64,000 nt of DNA from an uncultured delta proteobacterium (GTDB lineage: Bacteria > Myxococcota > Kuafuiibacteriia > Kuafuiibacteriales > Kuafuiibacteriaceae): NCBI GenBank assembly GCA_963803435.1, contig CAWDML010000001.1, forward strand, positions 1,248,001-1,312,000. Direction: 5' to 3'. The position numbers were made by a program, and so were the translations under genes. The notes under the pieces are model-generated. The model saw only the letters and a list, made by a program, of their open reading frames with translations. It did not search any database and had not been told where the DNA came from. Shown in pieces: positions 47,442-58,574 of this stretch. Within the stretch, counting starts at the first letter, position 1; the number at the start of each line of letters is the position of its first letter.

Positions 47442-49156
47442 TGAACGAGCGCCTGGTCGAGTCCCTCTCCTCGAAGATCCTCACCTCCTATCGTGAGTAT
47501 CGGGGCGAGTTCGACGCCATCACCGAGCGGGCCAAGTCCTGGTTCGAGAAACGTGACTGGCGCGCCTCCCAGAAGGGCGTGGCGCGCCGGCTGGACCTCT
47601 ACGCCGACGCCGTCGCCGACATCGCGTCTCACGTGCGTGTGGTCTTCGGCGGAGGGACGCCCGATCGCGAGATCTGGTGCGACGTCAAGAAGAGCTATGC
47701 GACGCTGATCGCGTACAGCGCCGACGAGGAGGTGGCGGAGACCTTCTTCAACTCGGTGACGCGCGCAGTCCTGGGGACGGTCGGGATCGACGCCACTATC
47801 GAGTTCGTCTGGCTCGGCGGCGACATCCCGCTCACGGGGGAGGAGACTCCGGTCTACGCGACCTATCACCGGACCGACACGATCGCCCGCACCTTCCGCG
47901 ACATCCTGGACCGCTATCCCTTCGAGGTCCCCTACCAGGACGCCGACCGAGACGCCGGCCGGATCGCCGAGCGCGTCTGTGCCTCGCTCGAGCGGATCTG
48001 GGGCGTGCCGGAGTTCGACTCCGTCGAGCTGCTCGAGCCCGTCTTCTATCGCAACAAGGCCGCCTATTTGGTGGGCCGCATTCGCCGCGCCAACAAGATC
48101 GTCCCCCTCCTGCTGCCGCTCCTCAACGAGAAGTCGGGCATCGCCGTCGACGCGGCGCTCCTCGACGAGGACGAGGCCAGCAGCGTCTTCAGCTTCACGC
48201 GCTACTACTTCTACGTGAAGGCGCGCCGTCCCGGGGAGCTGATCGGCTTCCTGCGATCGATCCTCCCGGCAAAGAGCCGCGCCGAGCTCTACATCGCCCT
48301 CGGCCTCACCAAGCACGGCAAGACGGAGCTCTATCGCGATCTCTACCGCCACCTCGATCACTCGACGGACCGCTTCCGCTTCGCACGGGGCGCGCGGGGG
48401 ATGGTGATGATCGTCTTCACCCTCCCCTCTTACGATCTGGTGTTCAAGGTGATCCGGGATCGCTTCGACGATCCCAAGAACACGACGCGCGAAGAGGTGA
48501 AGGCCAAGTACCGCCTGGTGCTCAAGCAGGATCGCGTGGGCCGCCTGGTGGACGCCCAGGAGTTCGAGAACCTCACGCTCGAGCGAGAGCGCTTTCGAGA
48601 CGACCTGCTCGAGGAGCTGGCGACCAGCGCGAAAGAGAGCGTCTCGATCACGGGCGACCGCGTCATCCTTCACCACGTCTACACGGAGCGGCGCGTCGAT
48701 CCGCTCGACGTCTTCGTCAGGGAGGCCAGCCCGGAGCGGGCCCAGCGCGCGGTCGTCGACTACGGTCAAGCCATCAAGGATCTCGCGACCGCGAACGTCT
48801 TCCCCGGCGATCTCTTGATCAAGAACTTCGGCGTCACGCGCCTGGGGCGGGTCGTGTTCTACGACTATGACGAGCTGTGCGCGCTCGCGGACTGCCGCTT
48901 TCGAACGATGCCCGAGCCCGCCGATCCGGAGCTCGAGACCCGCGCCGACCCGTGGTTCTATGTGGGCCCGAACGACGTCTTTCCCGAGGAGTTCCGCTCG
49001 TTCCTCTTTGCGGATCCCGACCTCATGACCGCACTGGACCGGGCCCATGGCGATCTGTTCTCGATCGACTTTTGGAGGCGTCAACAGAGCCTGCATGCGA
49101 GCGGTGAGCTCATCGATTTCTTCCCCTACCGGACCTCGCTTCGCTTCCCGCGTTGA
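47441..49156 (+). CDS. aceK: Isocitrate dehydrogenase kinase/phosphatase
   Basis: AETFFNSV, FYRNKAAYLVG, KHGKTELYR, GMVMIVFTLP, DRVGRLVDAQEF, FPGDLLIKNFGVTR.GRVVFYDYDE. Confidence 0.96.
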   Translation: MNERLVESLSSKILTSYREYRGEFDAITERAKSWFEKRDWRASQKGVARRLDLYADAVADIASHVRVVFGGGTPDREIWCDVKKSYATLIAYSADEEVAETFFNSVTRAVLGTVGIDATIEFVWLGGDIPLTGEETPVYATYHRTDTIARTFRDILDRYPFEVPYQDADRDAGRIAERVCASLERIWGVPEFDSVELLEPVFYRNKAAYLVGRIRRANKIVPLLLPLLNEKSGIAVDAALLDEDEASSVFSFTRYYFYVKARRPGELIGFLRSILPAKSRAELYIALGLTKHGKTELYRDLYRHLDHSTDRFRFARGARGMVMIVFTLPSYDLVFKVIRDRFDDPKNTTREEVKAKYRLVLKQDRVGRLVDAQEFENLTLERERFRDDLLEELATSAKESVSITGDRVILHHVYTERRVDPLDVFVREASPERAQRAVVDYGQAIKDLATANVFPGDLLIKNFGVTRLGRVVFYDYDELCALADCRFRTMPEPADPELETRADPWFYVGPNDVFPEEFRSFLFADPDLMTALDRAHGDLFSIDFWRRQQSLHASGELIDFFPYRTSLRFPR

Positions 49157-49175
49157 CATCATCCCCGTGGGAAGG

Positions 49176-51041
49176 TTGATCGGCTCGTTGCTATCGAACG
49201 ACGAGCTGCTCCGAGTGATCGTCACCCACGTCCCGCTGGCCATGTGGGTGACCGACGACGCCGGAGTCGTCACCTTCGTGACCGGCCATGAGGCCGCCCT
49301 GGGTCGCATCAACGCGAAGGCCTTCGTCGGCACACCGTTCGAGCAAGCGTTCGCAGACAATCCGGAGGTCGTGGAGGCCAACCGGCGGGCCCTGCGCGGT
49401 GAGGCGCACCGCGGGATCGTGACCCTCGGGGGCGCGCCCTTCGATGCGTTCTACCACCCGCTCCGCGATCCGGAGGGACGGATCGTCGGGAGCGCCGGCG
49501 TGGCCGTCGACATCAGCGAGCGCCAGAAGACCCTCGCCGACCTTCGCCAGAGCGAGGAGGTCACCCGGCGGATCCTGGAGGCAGTGCCGGCGGGGATCGT
49601 GCTGGTGTCGCCGGAGGGCAGCATCCTCGACGCGAACCGACAGGCGATCGACATCCTCGGTCTCTCCTACGACCAGCTCACGCACCGCTACGTCCAGGAC
49701 TTCGAGACGGAGACCATCTGGGAGGACGGGTCGCCCTTCGCCGCGGAGGACTATCCGGTGTCCCGCTGTCTGGCGACGCGCGAGGCCCAACCCCCGGCCA
49801 CGCTCGGCGTGGTGCGGCCCGACGGTCAGATCTCGTGGTGCGTCTTCACGGCGATCCCGGCCACGCACCCGGTGACCCAGGAGTTCATCGGCGCAGTGGT
49901 CACTTTCCACGACATCACGCTGCGCAAGAAGGAGGAGCAGGAGCGCGTGCGGCTGGAGCGGCAGCTCGCGGAGTCGCAGAAGCTGGAGGCGATCGGTCGC
50001 CTCGCGGGCGGGCTCGCGCACGACCTCAACAACATCCTCTCCGCCATCCTCGGCCATGCCAGCCTCCTCAAGGAGGTGTTCCCGGCGGGCGCCGAAGAGC
50101 ACGAGATGGCGGACGCGATCGAGAAAGCGGGGGAGCGCGCCGCCCGGTTGACCAACCAACTCCTCGGATTCGCGCGGCACGGGACCCGGCAGAGCAACCC
50201 GCTCGACGTCGACGAGATCCTCGGCGAATCGATTGATCTACTCAGTGGAACGATGCGCAAGAACATCCGGATCACGCATCGACGCGCCGCGGAGACCATC
50301 TGGATCGTCGGCGACCGCACGCAGCTGCAGCAGGTGATGCTGAACCTGTCGCTCAACGCGCAGGACGCGATGCCGGCGGGCGGAGATCTGGTGTTCGGGA
50401 CGGCGGTCAGCCGCGAGAACGGGACGGTCGTGATCTCGGTCCGGGACAACGGCACCGGCATGCCGGAGCAAGTTCAGAAGCGGATGTTCGAGCCGTTCTA
50501 CTCCACGAAGAGCACCGGGACGGGGATGGGGCTCGCGCTCGCCTACGGCATCGTGAAGGCCCACCAGGGGACGATCCAGGCCGTGAGCTCCGTCGGGGAG
50601 GGAACGACGTTCCGGATCACCCTGCCGCTCTCCGAGCGAGCCAGCCGCGAGACTCCGATGGTCGAGCCTGCCCCCGAGCGGAACCACGTGTTGATCGTCG
50701 ACGACGAGGAGATGGTCCTGAGCACGACCGCACTGCTCGTCCACCGCCTCGGCTGGAAGACCACCACGGCGAGCAACGGCGCCGAAGCGGTCCGGATCTA
50801 CCGTGACCGGGGCGACCACATCCGGGTGGTCATCCTCGATCTGGTGATGCCCGGGATGGGCGGACGCGAGTGTTTCCGCGCCCTGCGTGCGCTCGATCCG
50901 GAGGTCAGGGTGATCGTCTCTTCGGGCTACGACCGCGACGGCATCGCCCGCGACATCCTGGGGACGGCCAAGACCGAGTTCCTCCAGAAGCCGTACACGC
51001 TGGCGCTGCTTCGCGATGCTTTGGCACGCGCGTTGGCGTAG
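49176..51041 (+). CDS. PAS-domain hybrid sensor histidine kinase / response regulator
   Basis: Two PAS domains, LAGGLAHDLNN, NAQDAM, DNGTGM, FEPFYSTK, GTGMGLA, C-terminal REC (IVDDE, LDLVMP, QKP); start uncertain (49167/49176/49188). Confidence 0.92.
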   Translation: MIGSLLSNDELLRVIVTHVPLAMWVTDDAGVVTFVTGHEAALGRINAKAFVGTPFEQAFADNPEVVEANRRALRGEAHRGIVTLGGAPFDAFYHPLRDPEGRIVGSAGVAVDISERQKTLADLRQSEEVTRRILEAVPAGIVLVSPEGSILDANRQAIDILGLSYDQLTHRYVQDFETETIWEDGSPFAAEDYPVSRCLATREAQPPATLGVVRPDGQISWCVFTAIPATHPVTQEFIGAVVTFHDITLRKKEEQERVRLERQLAESQKLEAIGRLAGGLAHDLNNILSAILGHASLLKEVFPAGAEEHEMADAIEKAGERAARLTNQLLGFARHGTRQSNPLDVDEILGESIDLLSGTMRKNIRITHRRAAETIWIVGDRTQLQQVMLNLSLNAQDAMPAGGDLVFGTAVSRENGTVVISVRDNGTGMPEQVQKRMFEPFYSTKSTGTGMGLALAYGIVKAHQGTIQAVSSVGEGTTFRITLPLSERASRETPMVEPAPERNHVLIVDDEEMVLSTTALLVHRLGWKTTTASNGAEAVRIYRDRGDHIRVVILDLVMPGMGGRECFRALRALDPEVRVIVSSGYDRDGIARDILGTAKTEFLQKPYTLALLRDALARALA

Positions 51042-51053
51042 AGTTCCGCGTCG

Positions 51054-52040
51054 ATGCGGGTCCTGACCGATCGAGAAATCGACCTCGCTCCCATCCTCTC
51101 CCGGACCGTCGCGATCGTCGGCTACGGCAATCAAGGCGCGGCTCAGGCGCTGAACCTGAGGGACTCCGGCGTCGAGGTCATCGTGGGGTCCCGCGCCCAG
51201 AGCCGCACGCAGAGGGAGGCGGAGACGGCCGGCTTCGAGGTCACGTCGATCGGGGACGCCGTCGAGCGCGCGGCGGTGGTGGCGATCCTGGCCCCAGACG
51301 AGGCCCAGGGATCGCTGTTCAGTGCCCAGGTGGCGCCCCACCTCCGCGAGGGCCAGACGCTCTCCTTCGGCCACGGCTTCTCGATTCACTTCGGGACGAT
51401 CGCGCCGCCGCCGTTCGTCGACGTGGTGCTGGTCGCGCCGGTCGGCCCCGGCAAGCTGCTCAGGAGCCGCTACCTGGAGAGCGGCGGCATCCCTTGCCTC
51501 ACCGCCGTGCACCAGGACCCGTCCCGGCACGCGCGCGAGGTGGCGCTCGCCTACGCCCGCGCCCTCGGCAGCGGACGCGCCGGGATCCTCGAGACCACCT
51601 TCCGCGACGAGTGCGAGACCGACCTGTTCGGAGAGCAGACGGTGATCTGCGGGGGCGTATCGTCGCTGATCACGGCGGGGTTCGAGACGCTGGTCGAGGC
51701 CGGATATCCGGAGGAGCTGGCGTTCTTCGAGTGCTGTCACCAGATGAAGCTGCTCGTCGATCTCATCTTCGAGCGCGGGATCGCCGGAATGCGGCACGCG
51801 ATCTCGAACACCGCCAAGTACGGCGATCTGACGCGCGGGCCTCGCGTGATCGATCCGTACGTCAAGGCGCGCATGCAGGAGATACTGGGTGAGATCCAGC
51901 GCGGTGAGTTCGCGCGGGAGTGGATCGGGGAGTTCGAGGCCGGCGCACCGAGGTTGAAGGCGTTGATCGAGGCGTCGGAGCAGCATCGGATCGAACGCGC
52001 CGGGGCGCGCCTCCGCCCGCTCGCGCGCGGAGAGCCGTGA
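51054..52040 (+). CDS. ilvC: Ketol-acid reductoisomerase
   Basis: VGYGNQG.AQALNLRDSG, LAPDE, FGHGFSIHF, ETDLFGEQTVICGG, ISNTAKYG. Confidence 0.96.
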   Translation: MRVLTDREIDLAPILSRTVAIVGYGNQGAAQALNLRDSGVEVIVGSRAQSRTQREAETAGFEVTSIGDAVERAAVVAILAPDEAQGSLFSAQVAPHLREGQTLSFGHGFSIHFGTIAPPPFVDVVLVAPVGPGKLLRSRYLESGGIPCLTAVHQDPSRHAREVALAYARALGSGRAGILETTFRDECETDLFGEQTVICGGVSSLITAGFETLVEAGYPEELAFFECCHQMKLLVDLIFERGIAGMRHAISNTAKYGDLTRGPRVIDPYVKARMQEILGEIQRGEFAREWIGEFEAGAPRLKALIEASEQHRIERAGARLRPLARGEP

Positions 52041-52888
52041 ACCGGGGGCGTATCTCGATGATCGCCGCAGCCCTCCTCTGGTCCACCGGAGGGACTGCGA
52101 TCAAGGTGGCAGGCCTGCCGCCGGCGCCGATCGCGGGAGGTCGAGCCCTGGTGGCCGGGCTGCTGCTGTTCCTCCTGCTCCCCGAGACGCGAATGCGTCC
52201 CAACCGACGCGTCCTGGTGGTGGCGGTGACCTACGCGATGGTCTGTACGCTCTTCGTCTTCGCGAACGTGTACACCACCGCGGGCAGCGCGATCTTCATC
52301 CAGAACACCGCGCCTGTCTGGGTCTTGCTCGTGAGCCCGTGGCTCCTCGGCGAGCGGCCGACGCGCGCGGAGCAGGTCTCGGTTCCGATCTGCCTGATCG
52401 GCTGCGTGCTCTTCTTCCTCGACGACCCCGAGCTCGGTCGATTGACCGGCAACCTGATCGCGTTCGTCTCGGGTCTCGCGTACGCCGCCACGCTGATCGC
52501 CTGGCGCAAGGCGTCGCGGGAGGAAGCGCTCGCCGGCACCGCGTACGGCAACCTGCTGATCGCCGCGGCGATGCTTCCGCTGATCCACTTCGGTCAACTC
52601 ACCTTGCAGGGCGCCCTCGTCATCGTGTACCTGGGAAGCCTCCAGCAGGCCCTCGCGGCCCTGCTGTTCGTTCGGGGCTTTCAGCACACCAGCACGGTCG
52701 AGGCCTCGCTCCTGACCCTGCTGGAGCCGGTCTTCTCGCCGGTGCTGGCCTTCCTGGTGGTGGGCGAGGCGCTGGGACCCCTGGCGATCGCGGGGGGCGC
52801 GATCATCGTGGGCGCCACCGTATGGCGCATTCGCGCGACCCGGCCACAAGCCTTCGCAGGGGACTTGACCGTCGGCGACCAGCGTTAG
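52037..52888 (+). CDS. EamA/DMT family transporter
   Basis: AALLWSTGG, NTAPVWV, LLGER, LLEPV, GE; about 10 TM segments; GTG overlaps the ilvC stop. Confidence 0.9.
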   Translation: MNRGRISMIAAALLWSTGGTAIKVAGLPPAPIAGGRALVAGLLLFLLLPETRMRPNRRVLVVAVTYAMVCTLFVFANVYTTAGSAIFIQNTAPVWVLLVSPWLLGERPTRAEQVSVPICLIGCVLFFLDDPELGRLTGNLIAFVSGLAYAATLIAWRKASREEALAGTAYGNLLIAAAMLPLIHFGQLTLQGALVIVYLGSLQQALAALLFVRGFQHTSTVEASLLTLLEPVFSPVLAFLVVGEALGPLAIAGGAIIVGATVWRIRATRPQAFAGDLTVGDQR

Positions 52889-52902
52889 AACCGATGTTGA
52901 GC

Positions 52903-53910
52903 ATGCGAGCGCTCGGGATCGTCCTGGTCGTCCTCCTCCTCGCCGCAGGCGGTGCGTACTTCTACCTCGACTGGTCCGTGACCACTCCGATCGATCCCGC
53001 CCAGAAGGAGACGGTGGTCTTCGAGGTACCGAAAGGCGCGACGCTCAACCAGGTCGGGGGCGCTCTGGTGAAGGCCGGCTTCGTGCGGAGCGCGCTCCCC
53101 TTCAAGATCTGGGTGAAGCTGCATCCGTCGATCGAGGTGCCGAAGGCGGGCAAGCACGAGATCAGCAAGGCCATGAACGTGTCCGAGCTGCTGTTCGTGC
53201 TCGCCTCGAAGCCGTTGTCGGAGGACGTGCCGCTGGTCATCGTTCCCGGCTGGCGCGTGCGGGACACCGACGCCTTCCTCTCGGGAAAGGGCATGATCGA
53301 CGCCGGCGAGTACCTCAAGGCCGCCGCCGACAAGACCCGCTTCCAGCTCGCGTTCCCCGTCGAGGGCGACACGCTCTCCGGCTATCTCTGGCCGGAGACG
53401 TACATGGTGCCGCCGGGCAAGCTCGACGTCGACAAGCTGATCCAGCGGCAGCTGGACGCGTTCAACGAGGCCTTCTACGTGCCCAACCGCGACGAGATCG
53501 AGAAGTCGGGTCGATCGCTGCAGCAGATCGTGATCGTGGCCTCGCTCCTCGAGCGAGAGGAGCCCAAGCCCGAGATGCGACCCGACATCGCCGGCATCAT
53601 CTACAAGCGGCTCGACAAACGGATCCCCCTCGGCGTCGACGCGACCAGCCGCTACACGCTCGACGACTGGAACGATCGAGCGGCGTTCCTCAAGATGCTC
53701 AACGACCCCGACGATCCGTACAACACCCGCAATCGGCCGGGGCTCCCCCCGGGACCGATCGGCGAGCCCGCGCTCGACTCGCTGCTGGGCGCGCTCCGGC
53801 CGAAGCGGAGCCCGTATCTGTACTACCTCCACGACAAGGACCACAACGTCCACTTTGCCCGCACCGGCGACGAGCACGAAGCGAACCGGCGCAAGTACAA
53901 CGTCTACTGA
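52903..53910 (+). CDS. mltG: Endolytic transglycosylase MltG
   Basis: N-terminal TM, GYLWPETY, ASLLERE, LGVDAT, PYNTR..PGLPPGPIGEP, YLYY, FART. Confidence 0.93.
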   Translation: MRALGIVLVVLLLAAGGAYFYLDWSVTTPIDPAQKETVVFEVPKGATLNQVGGALVKAGFVRSALPFKIWVKLHPSIEVPKAGKHEISKAMNVSELLFVLASKPLSEDVPLVIVPGWRVRDTDAFLSGKGMIDAGEYLKAAADKTRFQLAFPVEGDTLSGYLWPETYMVPPGKLDVDKLIQRQLDAFNEAFYVPNRDEIEKSGRSLQQIVIVASLLEREEPKPEMRPDIAGIIYKRLDKRIPLGVDATSRYTLDDWNDRAAFLKMLNDPDDPYNTRNRPGLPPGPIGEPALDSLLGALRPKRSPYLYYLHDKDHNVHFARTGDEHEANRRKYNVY

Positions 53911-53911
53911 C

Positions 53912-55714
53912 ATGAAGATCCGCATCCTCGCCGCGCTCGCGGCCACGCTCACCGCCTGCTCGACCGCCTCCTCACCGCCGCCGAAGAACGGGAGCAGCAA
54001 GGCGCTGGAGAACGGCGCGGCTACCGGGGTCGCAGATCCGGAGCTGGCCGCGCTCTTGACGGACCACTGGGAGGCGTCGCTGAAGACGTTCCCCGTGCAC
54101 GCGACCCAGCTGGGCGAGCACCGTTTCGACGCCGAGATCTTCGATCGATCTCAGCCGGCGCTGGAGAAGCTCAAGGCCTTCACCCAGAAGGCGCTCGAGC
54201 GGGCCCGCGCCATCCCGGAGGATCGCCTCTCACCGGCGGACCGCGTCACGCGCGCGCTCTTCATCGAGGACCTGGAGAGCAGCGTGGCCTCGGACCAGTG
54301 CGAGTTCGAGAAGTGGTCGCTCTCGCCACGGGACAATCCGGTCACCGAGTGGAACGAGCTGCCGGAGCTCCATCCGATCAAGTCGGTCGAGGACGGCAGG
54401 AACTTCGTCTCGCGGCTCGACAAGAGCGCCACCGCGATCGACGACACCATCGCGAACCTCAGGCTCGGCGCCAAGCAGGGGTGGTATCCGAACGCCGAGT
54501 CGACACGGCGCGTGCTGGAGATGACCGAGACGCTGCTGGCGAAGGACTCCCCGGAGTGGAGCCTGGCGTCGCCGGCGAAGAAGTCCTACGAGGGCTGGAG
54601 CGACGACGACACCGAGTCGTTCCGCGCCGGCGTCCTTCGCATCGCGAAGGAGAAGCTGCGTCCGGCCTTCGAGCGCTACCGCGACCTCTTGAAGAACGAG
54701 ATCCTGCCGCACGCCCGGTCCGAGTCCGAGACCGGCGTGGGTGCGCTGCCGTTCGGCGCAGCCTGCTACACGGCCATGATCCGGCAGTACACGACGCTCC
54801 CGCTGGACGCCAAGACGGTCCACCAGACGGGGCTCGACGAGATCGAGCGGATCAACGGCGAGATGCGGCAGCTCGGCAAGAAGCTGTTCGGGACCGACGA
54901 CCTGGCGCAGATCGTCAAGAAGCTGAGGACCGATCAGAGCCTCTATTTCACGTCGGCCGAGGAGATCGAGGCGAAGGCCAACAAGGCGCTGGCGTCCGCG
55001 AAGGCGAAGCTGCCTGAGTACTTCGGCATCCTGCCCAAGGCGGACTGCGTCGTGCGCATCATCCCGGAGTACGAGGCGCCCTTCACGACGATCGCCTACT
55101 ACCGAGAGCCCGTCCCGGACGGCAGCAAGCCCGGCGAGTACTTCATCAACATCTACCAGCCGACCACGCGCCCGCGGTTCGAGGCGGAGGCGCTGGCGTT
55201 TCACGAGTCGATCCCGGGCCACCACGTGCAGATCGCGATCGCGCAGGAGCTGCCGGACGTCCCTGCGTTCCGGAAGCACCTGGAGCTGACCGTGTTCGTC
55301 GAGGGCTGGGCGCTCTACACCGAGCAGCTCGCCGACGAGATGGGGCTGTACTCGAGCGATCTCGATCGCATGGGGATGCTGAGCTTCGAGGCCTGGCGCG
55401 CCGCCCGGCTGGTCGTCGACACCGGCATCCACGCGATGGGCTGGAGCCGCGATCGTGCGAAGACGTTCATGGCGGAGCATACGGCGCTCGCGCTGAACAA
55501 CATCGACAACGAGGTCGATCGCTACATCGTGTGGCCGGGCCAGGCCCTGGGCTACAAGACCGGCCAGATGGAGATCTCGAGGCTACGGCGCGAGGCCGAG
55601 AAGAAGCTGGGTGATCGCTTCGACCTGCGCCATTTCCACGATGTCGTGTTGGGCGGCGGCGCCGTGACGCTCCCGCTGTTGCGGGCCCGCGTCGAGGAGT
55701 ATACGAGGAAGTGA
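53912..55714 (+). CDS. DUF885 family lipoprotein
   Basis: LAATLTA|C lipobox; HESIPGHHVQ, EGWALYTE, RAARLVVDTGIH, EVDRY, PGQALGYK. Confidence 0.93.
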   Translation: MKIRILAALAATLTACSTASSPPPKNGSSKALENGAATGVADPELAALLTDHWEASLKTFPVHATQLGEHRFDAEIFDRSQPALEKLKAFTQKALERARAIPEDRLSPADRVTRALFIEDLESSVASDQCEFEKWSLSPRDNPVTEWNELPELHPIKSVEDGRNFVSRLDKSATAIDDTIANLRLGAKQGWYPNAESTRRVLEMTETLLAKDSPEWSLASPAKKSYEGWSDDDTESFRAGVLRIAKEKLRPAFERYRDLLKNEILPHARSESETGVGALPFGAACYTAMIRQYTTLPLDAKTVHQTGLDEIERINGEMRQLGKKLFGTDDLAQIVKKLRTDQSLYFTSAEEIEAKANKALASAKAKLPEYFGILPKADCVVRIIPEYEAPFTTIAYYREPVPDGSKPGEYFINIYQPTTRPRFEAEALAFHESIPGHHVQIAIAQELPDVPAFRKHLELTVFVEGWALYTEQLADEMGLYSSDLDRMGMLSFEAWRAARLVVDTGIHAMGWSRDRAKTFMAEHTALALNNIDNEVDRYIVWPGQALGYKTGQMEISRLRREAEKKLGDRFDLRHFHDVVLGGGAVTLPLLRARVEEYTRK

Positions 55715-57442
55715 TGACCGCAGCCCTGGAGATGAGCGCCTCCGCCACCAGCCAACGAACGAGCGCACAGAAGTCGCTCGACGAAGCGGTGAAGGTGCTC
55801 GAGGACAACGCGCAGAAGTTTCTGGCGCTCTCGGTCCCGGAGAAGAAGACGCTGATCCGAGACACCATGGATCGTATCCTCGACGTCGCGGATGCCTGGG
55901 TCGCCGACGGATCGCGCGCGAAGGGCATCTCGGCCGACCAGGGTGAGGAGTGGCTCACCGGTCCAGTGCCGACGATGCGCAACCTGCGCCTGCTCCTCAG
56001 GACCCTCGACCGGATCGAGGGCAAGATGCCGTTGGTCGAGGACAAGCAGATCCACCGCCGTCCCGACGGCCGCCTCGAGGTGACCGTGTTCCCGAGCGAC
56101 GGGATGGACGGGGCCCTCTTCGCCGGCTTCTCCGTGAAGGCGCTGATGGAGGAGGGCATGGACTCGCTGGCCGTCAAGGAGAAGGCCGGCAAGCTCTACC
56201 AGGCCCACAGCCACGAGCCGGGCGTTTCGCTCATCCTGGGCGCCGGCAACGTCTCCTCGATCCCACCCACGGACGCCCTCTACAAGCTGTTCGCCGAGGG
56301 CCTGGTCCCGCTGATCAAGATGAACCCGGTGAACGAGTGGGTGGGCCCCCACCTCGAGCGCGCCTTCAAGCCGTTCATCGATCGGGGCTTCATGCGGATC
56401 GTGTACGGAGCCGGCGACGTGGGGAAGCATCTGGTCGAGCACCCCGGAGTGGCCGACGTCCACATCACCGGCTCGAACCACACGCACGATCTGATCGTAT
56501 GGGGCCCGCCCGGACCGGAGCGCGAGCGCCGGCGTCGCGACAACGATCCAGTGCTGAAGAAGCGCATCACCTCGGAGCTCGGGAACGTGAGCCCGGTCGC
56601 CATCGTGCCGGCACAGTACTCGGCCAGCGAGCTCGAGTTCATGGCGCGCAACGTGGCGGCCATGGTCACGAACAACGGCTCGTTCAACTGCAACGCGGCG
56701 AAGATGTTGATCACCGGCGGAAGGCTGGCCGCAGCGCGACGCGTTCATGCAGAACATCGAGCGCACGCTGAGCGAGACCCCGACCCGCCTCGCCTACTAC
56801 CCGGGCGCCTTCGATCGGTATCGGAAGCTGGTGGAGAACCGCGAGCACGTGAAGAAGCTCGGCACCGCCGGCGAGAAGAACCTGCCCTGGACGATCCTTT
56901 ACGACATCGACGCCTCCCAGAAGGACGAGCCGCTCTTCTCGACGGAGCCGTTCTGCTCGATCCTCTCGGAGACGCGCCTCTCCGCGAAGGACCCCGCGGA
57001 GTTCATCCAGAAGGCCGCCGAGTTCATGAACGACACGCTGTGGGGGACGCTCAATGCGATGATCGTCGTGCCGCCGAAGCTCGAGGGCTCGGGCGAGGTG
57101 GGCCAGGCGCTCGATCGCGCGATCCTGGATCTGCGCTACGGCACGGTCGCGATCAACCACTGGCCAGCGGTCGTCTTCGCCACCATGTCGCCGGCGTGGG
57201 GCGGTCATCCGTCGAGCACGCTCCAGAACGTGCAGAGCGGGATCGGCTGGGTCCACAACACCTATCTGCTCGAGGGGATCGACAAGTCGATCCTGCGGGG
57301 TCCGCTCACCGTCTTCCCCAAGCCCGCGTGGTTTGGGGACAACAAGAAGGTGGCCGCGATCGGACGCAAGCTGCTGCGGTTCGAGCACCACCCCGGCTGG
57401 CTCAAGGTTCCGGGCATCGCGCTCACCGCGCTCCAGGGGTAG
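55714..57442 (+). CDS. Aldehyde dehydrogenase family protein (+1 frameshift at ~56717)
   Basis: LGAGNVSSI, KMNPVN, HITGS, SELGNVSP, FNCNA, then EPFC, LWGTL, LRYGTVAIN, QSGIGWVHN in the shifted frame. Confidence 0.9.
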
Positions 57443-57450
57443 CCGGTCTG

Positions 57451-58574
57451 CTGCGCGTCGCGATCCTGACCAGGAAGTGGAGCGTCCGCGGCGGCAACGA
57501 ACGGCAGGCCGTCGAGCTGGCGCGCCACCTGCTCGGTGAAGGTCACCAGGTCCGCGTGCTCTGTCAGAGGTCGGACGGCAGCGCGGACGCGGTGGCGCAG
57601 GCCGAGCGCCTGCTGGGGATCGCGTTCGACCCGACCGCGTCGATGGTGACCTGGGTGGTGGCCGCGCGAAGGGCCGTGCGGCGCCTGCGTGCACGGCGTG
57701 AGATCGACGTGGCGGTGGGCTTCAGCCAGACGATCGTCCAGGACGTCTTCCGGCTCGGCGGAGGAACGCACGCCGCGTACCTGCACGCGACCGAGCGTCA
57801 CCGAGCGGCGCGCGGGGGCCGAGTGCTCGATCGGGTGGCCCTGGCGTTCGAGCGACAGCGGCTGCTGGTACAGAACACGCCCCGTCTGATCGCGCCCTGC
57901 CGTCGGGTGAAGGAGGAGCTCGAGCAGCACTATCGGATCGATCCTTCACGGGTCCGTGTGATCGTGAACGGGACCGATCTGACGCGGTTCTCTCCACACG
58001 GTCAGCCCGGTGAGCGCGCCGAGGTACGCCGCCGCTGGGGCGTGGCCGAGAGCGCGATGGTGGCGCTGTTCGTGGGACACAACCCGTACCTGAAGGGGCT
58101 CGATCTCGCGCTGGCCGCGAGCGCGCGGCTCGGTCTCACGCTGGTGTACGCCGGTCGCGCGAAGCAGCCCACACACCCGCCGCCGCACCTGATCTGGGAC
58201 GGCGAGCGCAGCGACATGGAGCGGCTCTATCGGGCGGCCGATCTGCTCATCGCGCCTGCGCGGTTCGATACGTTCGGCGGAGTGGTGCTCGAGGCGTACG
58301 CCTCGGGGCTCCCGGCGGTGGCGGCCGACCTGATTGGAGCGACGGACCTGGCCCGCGGCACCGAGCTGGAGGCGTTGCTCGTTCGAGATCCGGAGGACGC
58401 GGTCGCGCTGGACGACGCGATCCGGAGCGCGATCGCCCCGGTCGCCGCGAGGTCCTGGCCGTCGAGGCTCGCCGCGCCGCCGCGGGAGCGACGCTTCAGC
58501 GTTGGGGCGTCGAGATGACGGCGTGCCTCGCCGAGGCCGCACGTGATACGAGGTCGGCCGCGTGGTCCGCCTGA
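57451..58574 (+). CDS. Glycosyltransferase family 4 (non-canonical start; -1 frameshift at ~58438)
   Basis: RVAILTR..GGNER, IVNGTD, LFVG..KGLD, ARFDTFGGVVLEAYASGLP; C-terminus continues as GRREVLAVEARR...WSA* in the shifted frame. Confidence 0.82.

Noticed and set aside
49153-49181. Sigma70 promoter for the hybrid kinase (TTGACA)
   Set aside because: The -35 match overlaps the aceK stop and there is no convincing -10 at 16-18 nt
55711-58518. Apparent 935-aa ALDH-glycosyltransferase fusion
   Set aside because: A frameshift at ~56717 gives non-protein-like sequence until the GT4 gene; the ALDH ends normally at 57442 in the other frame
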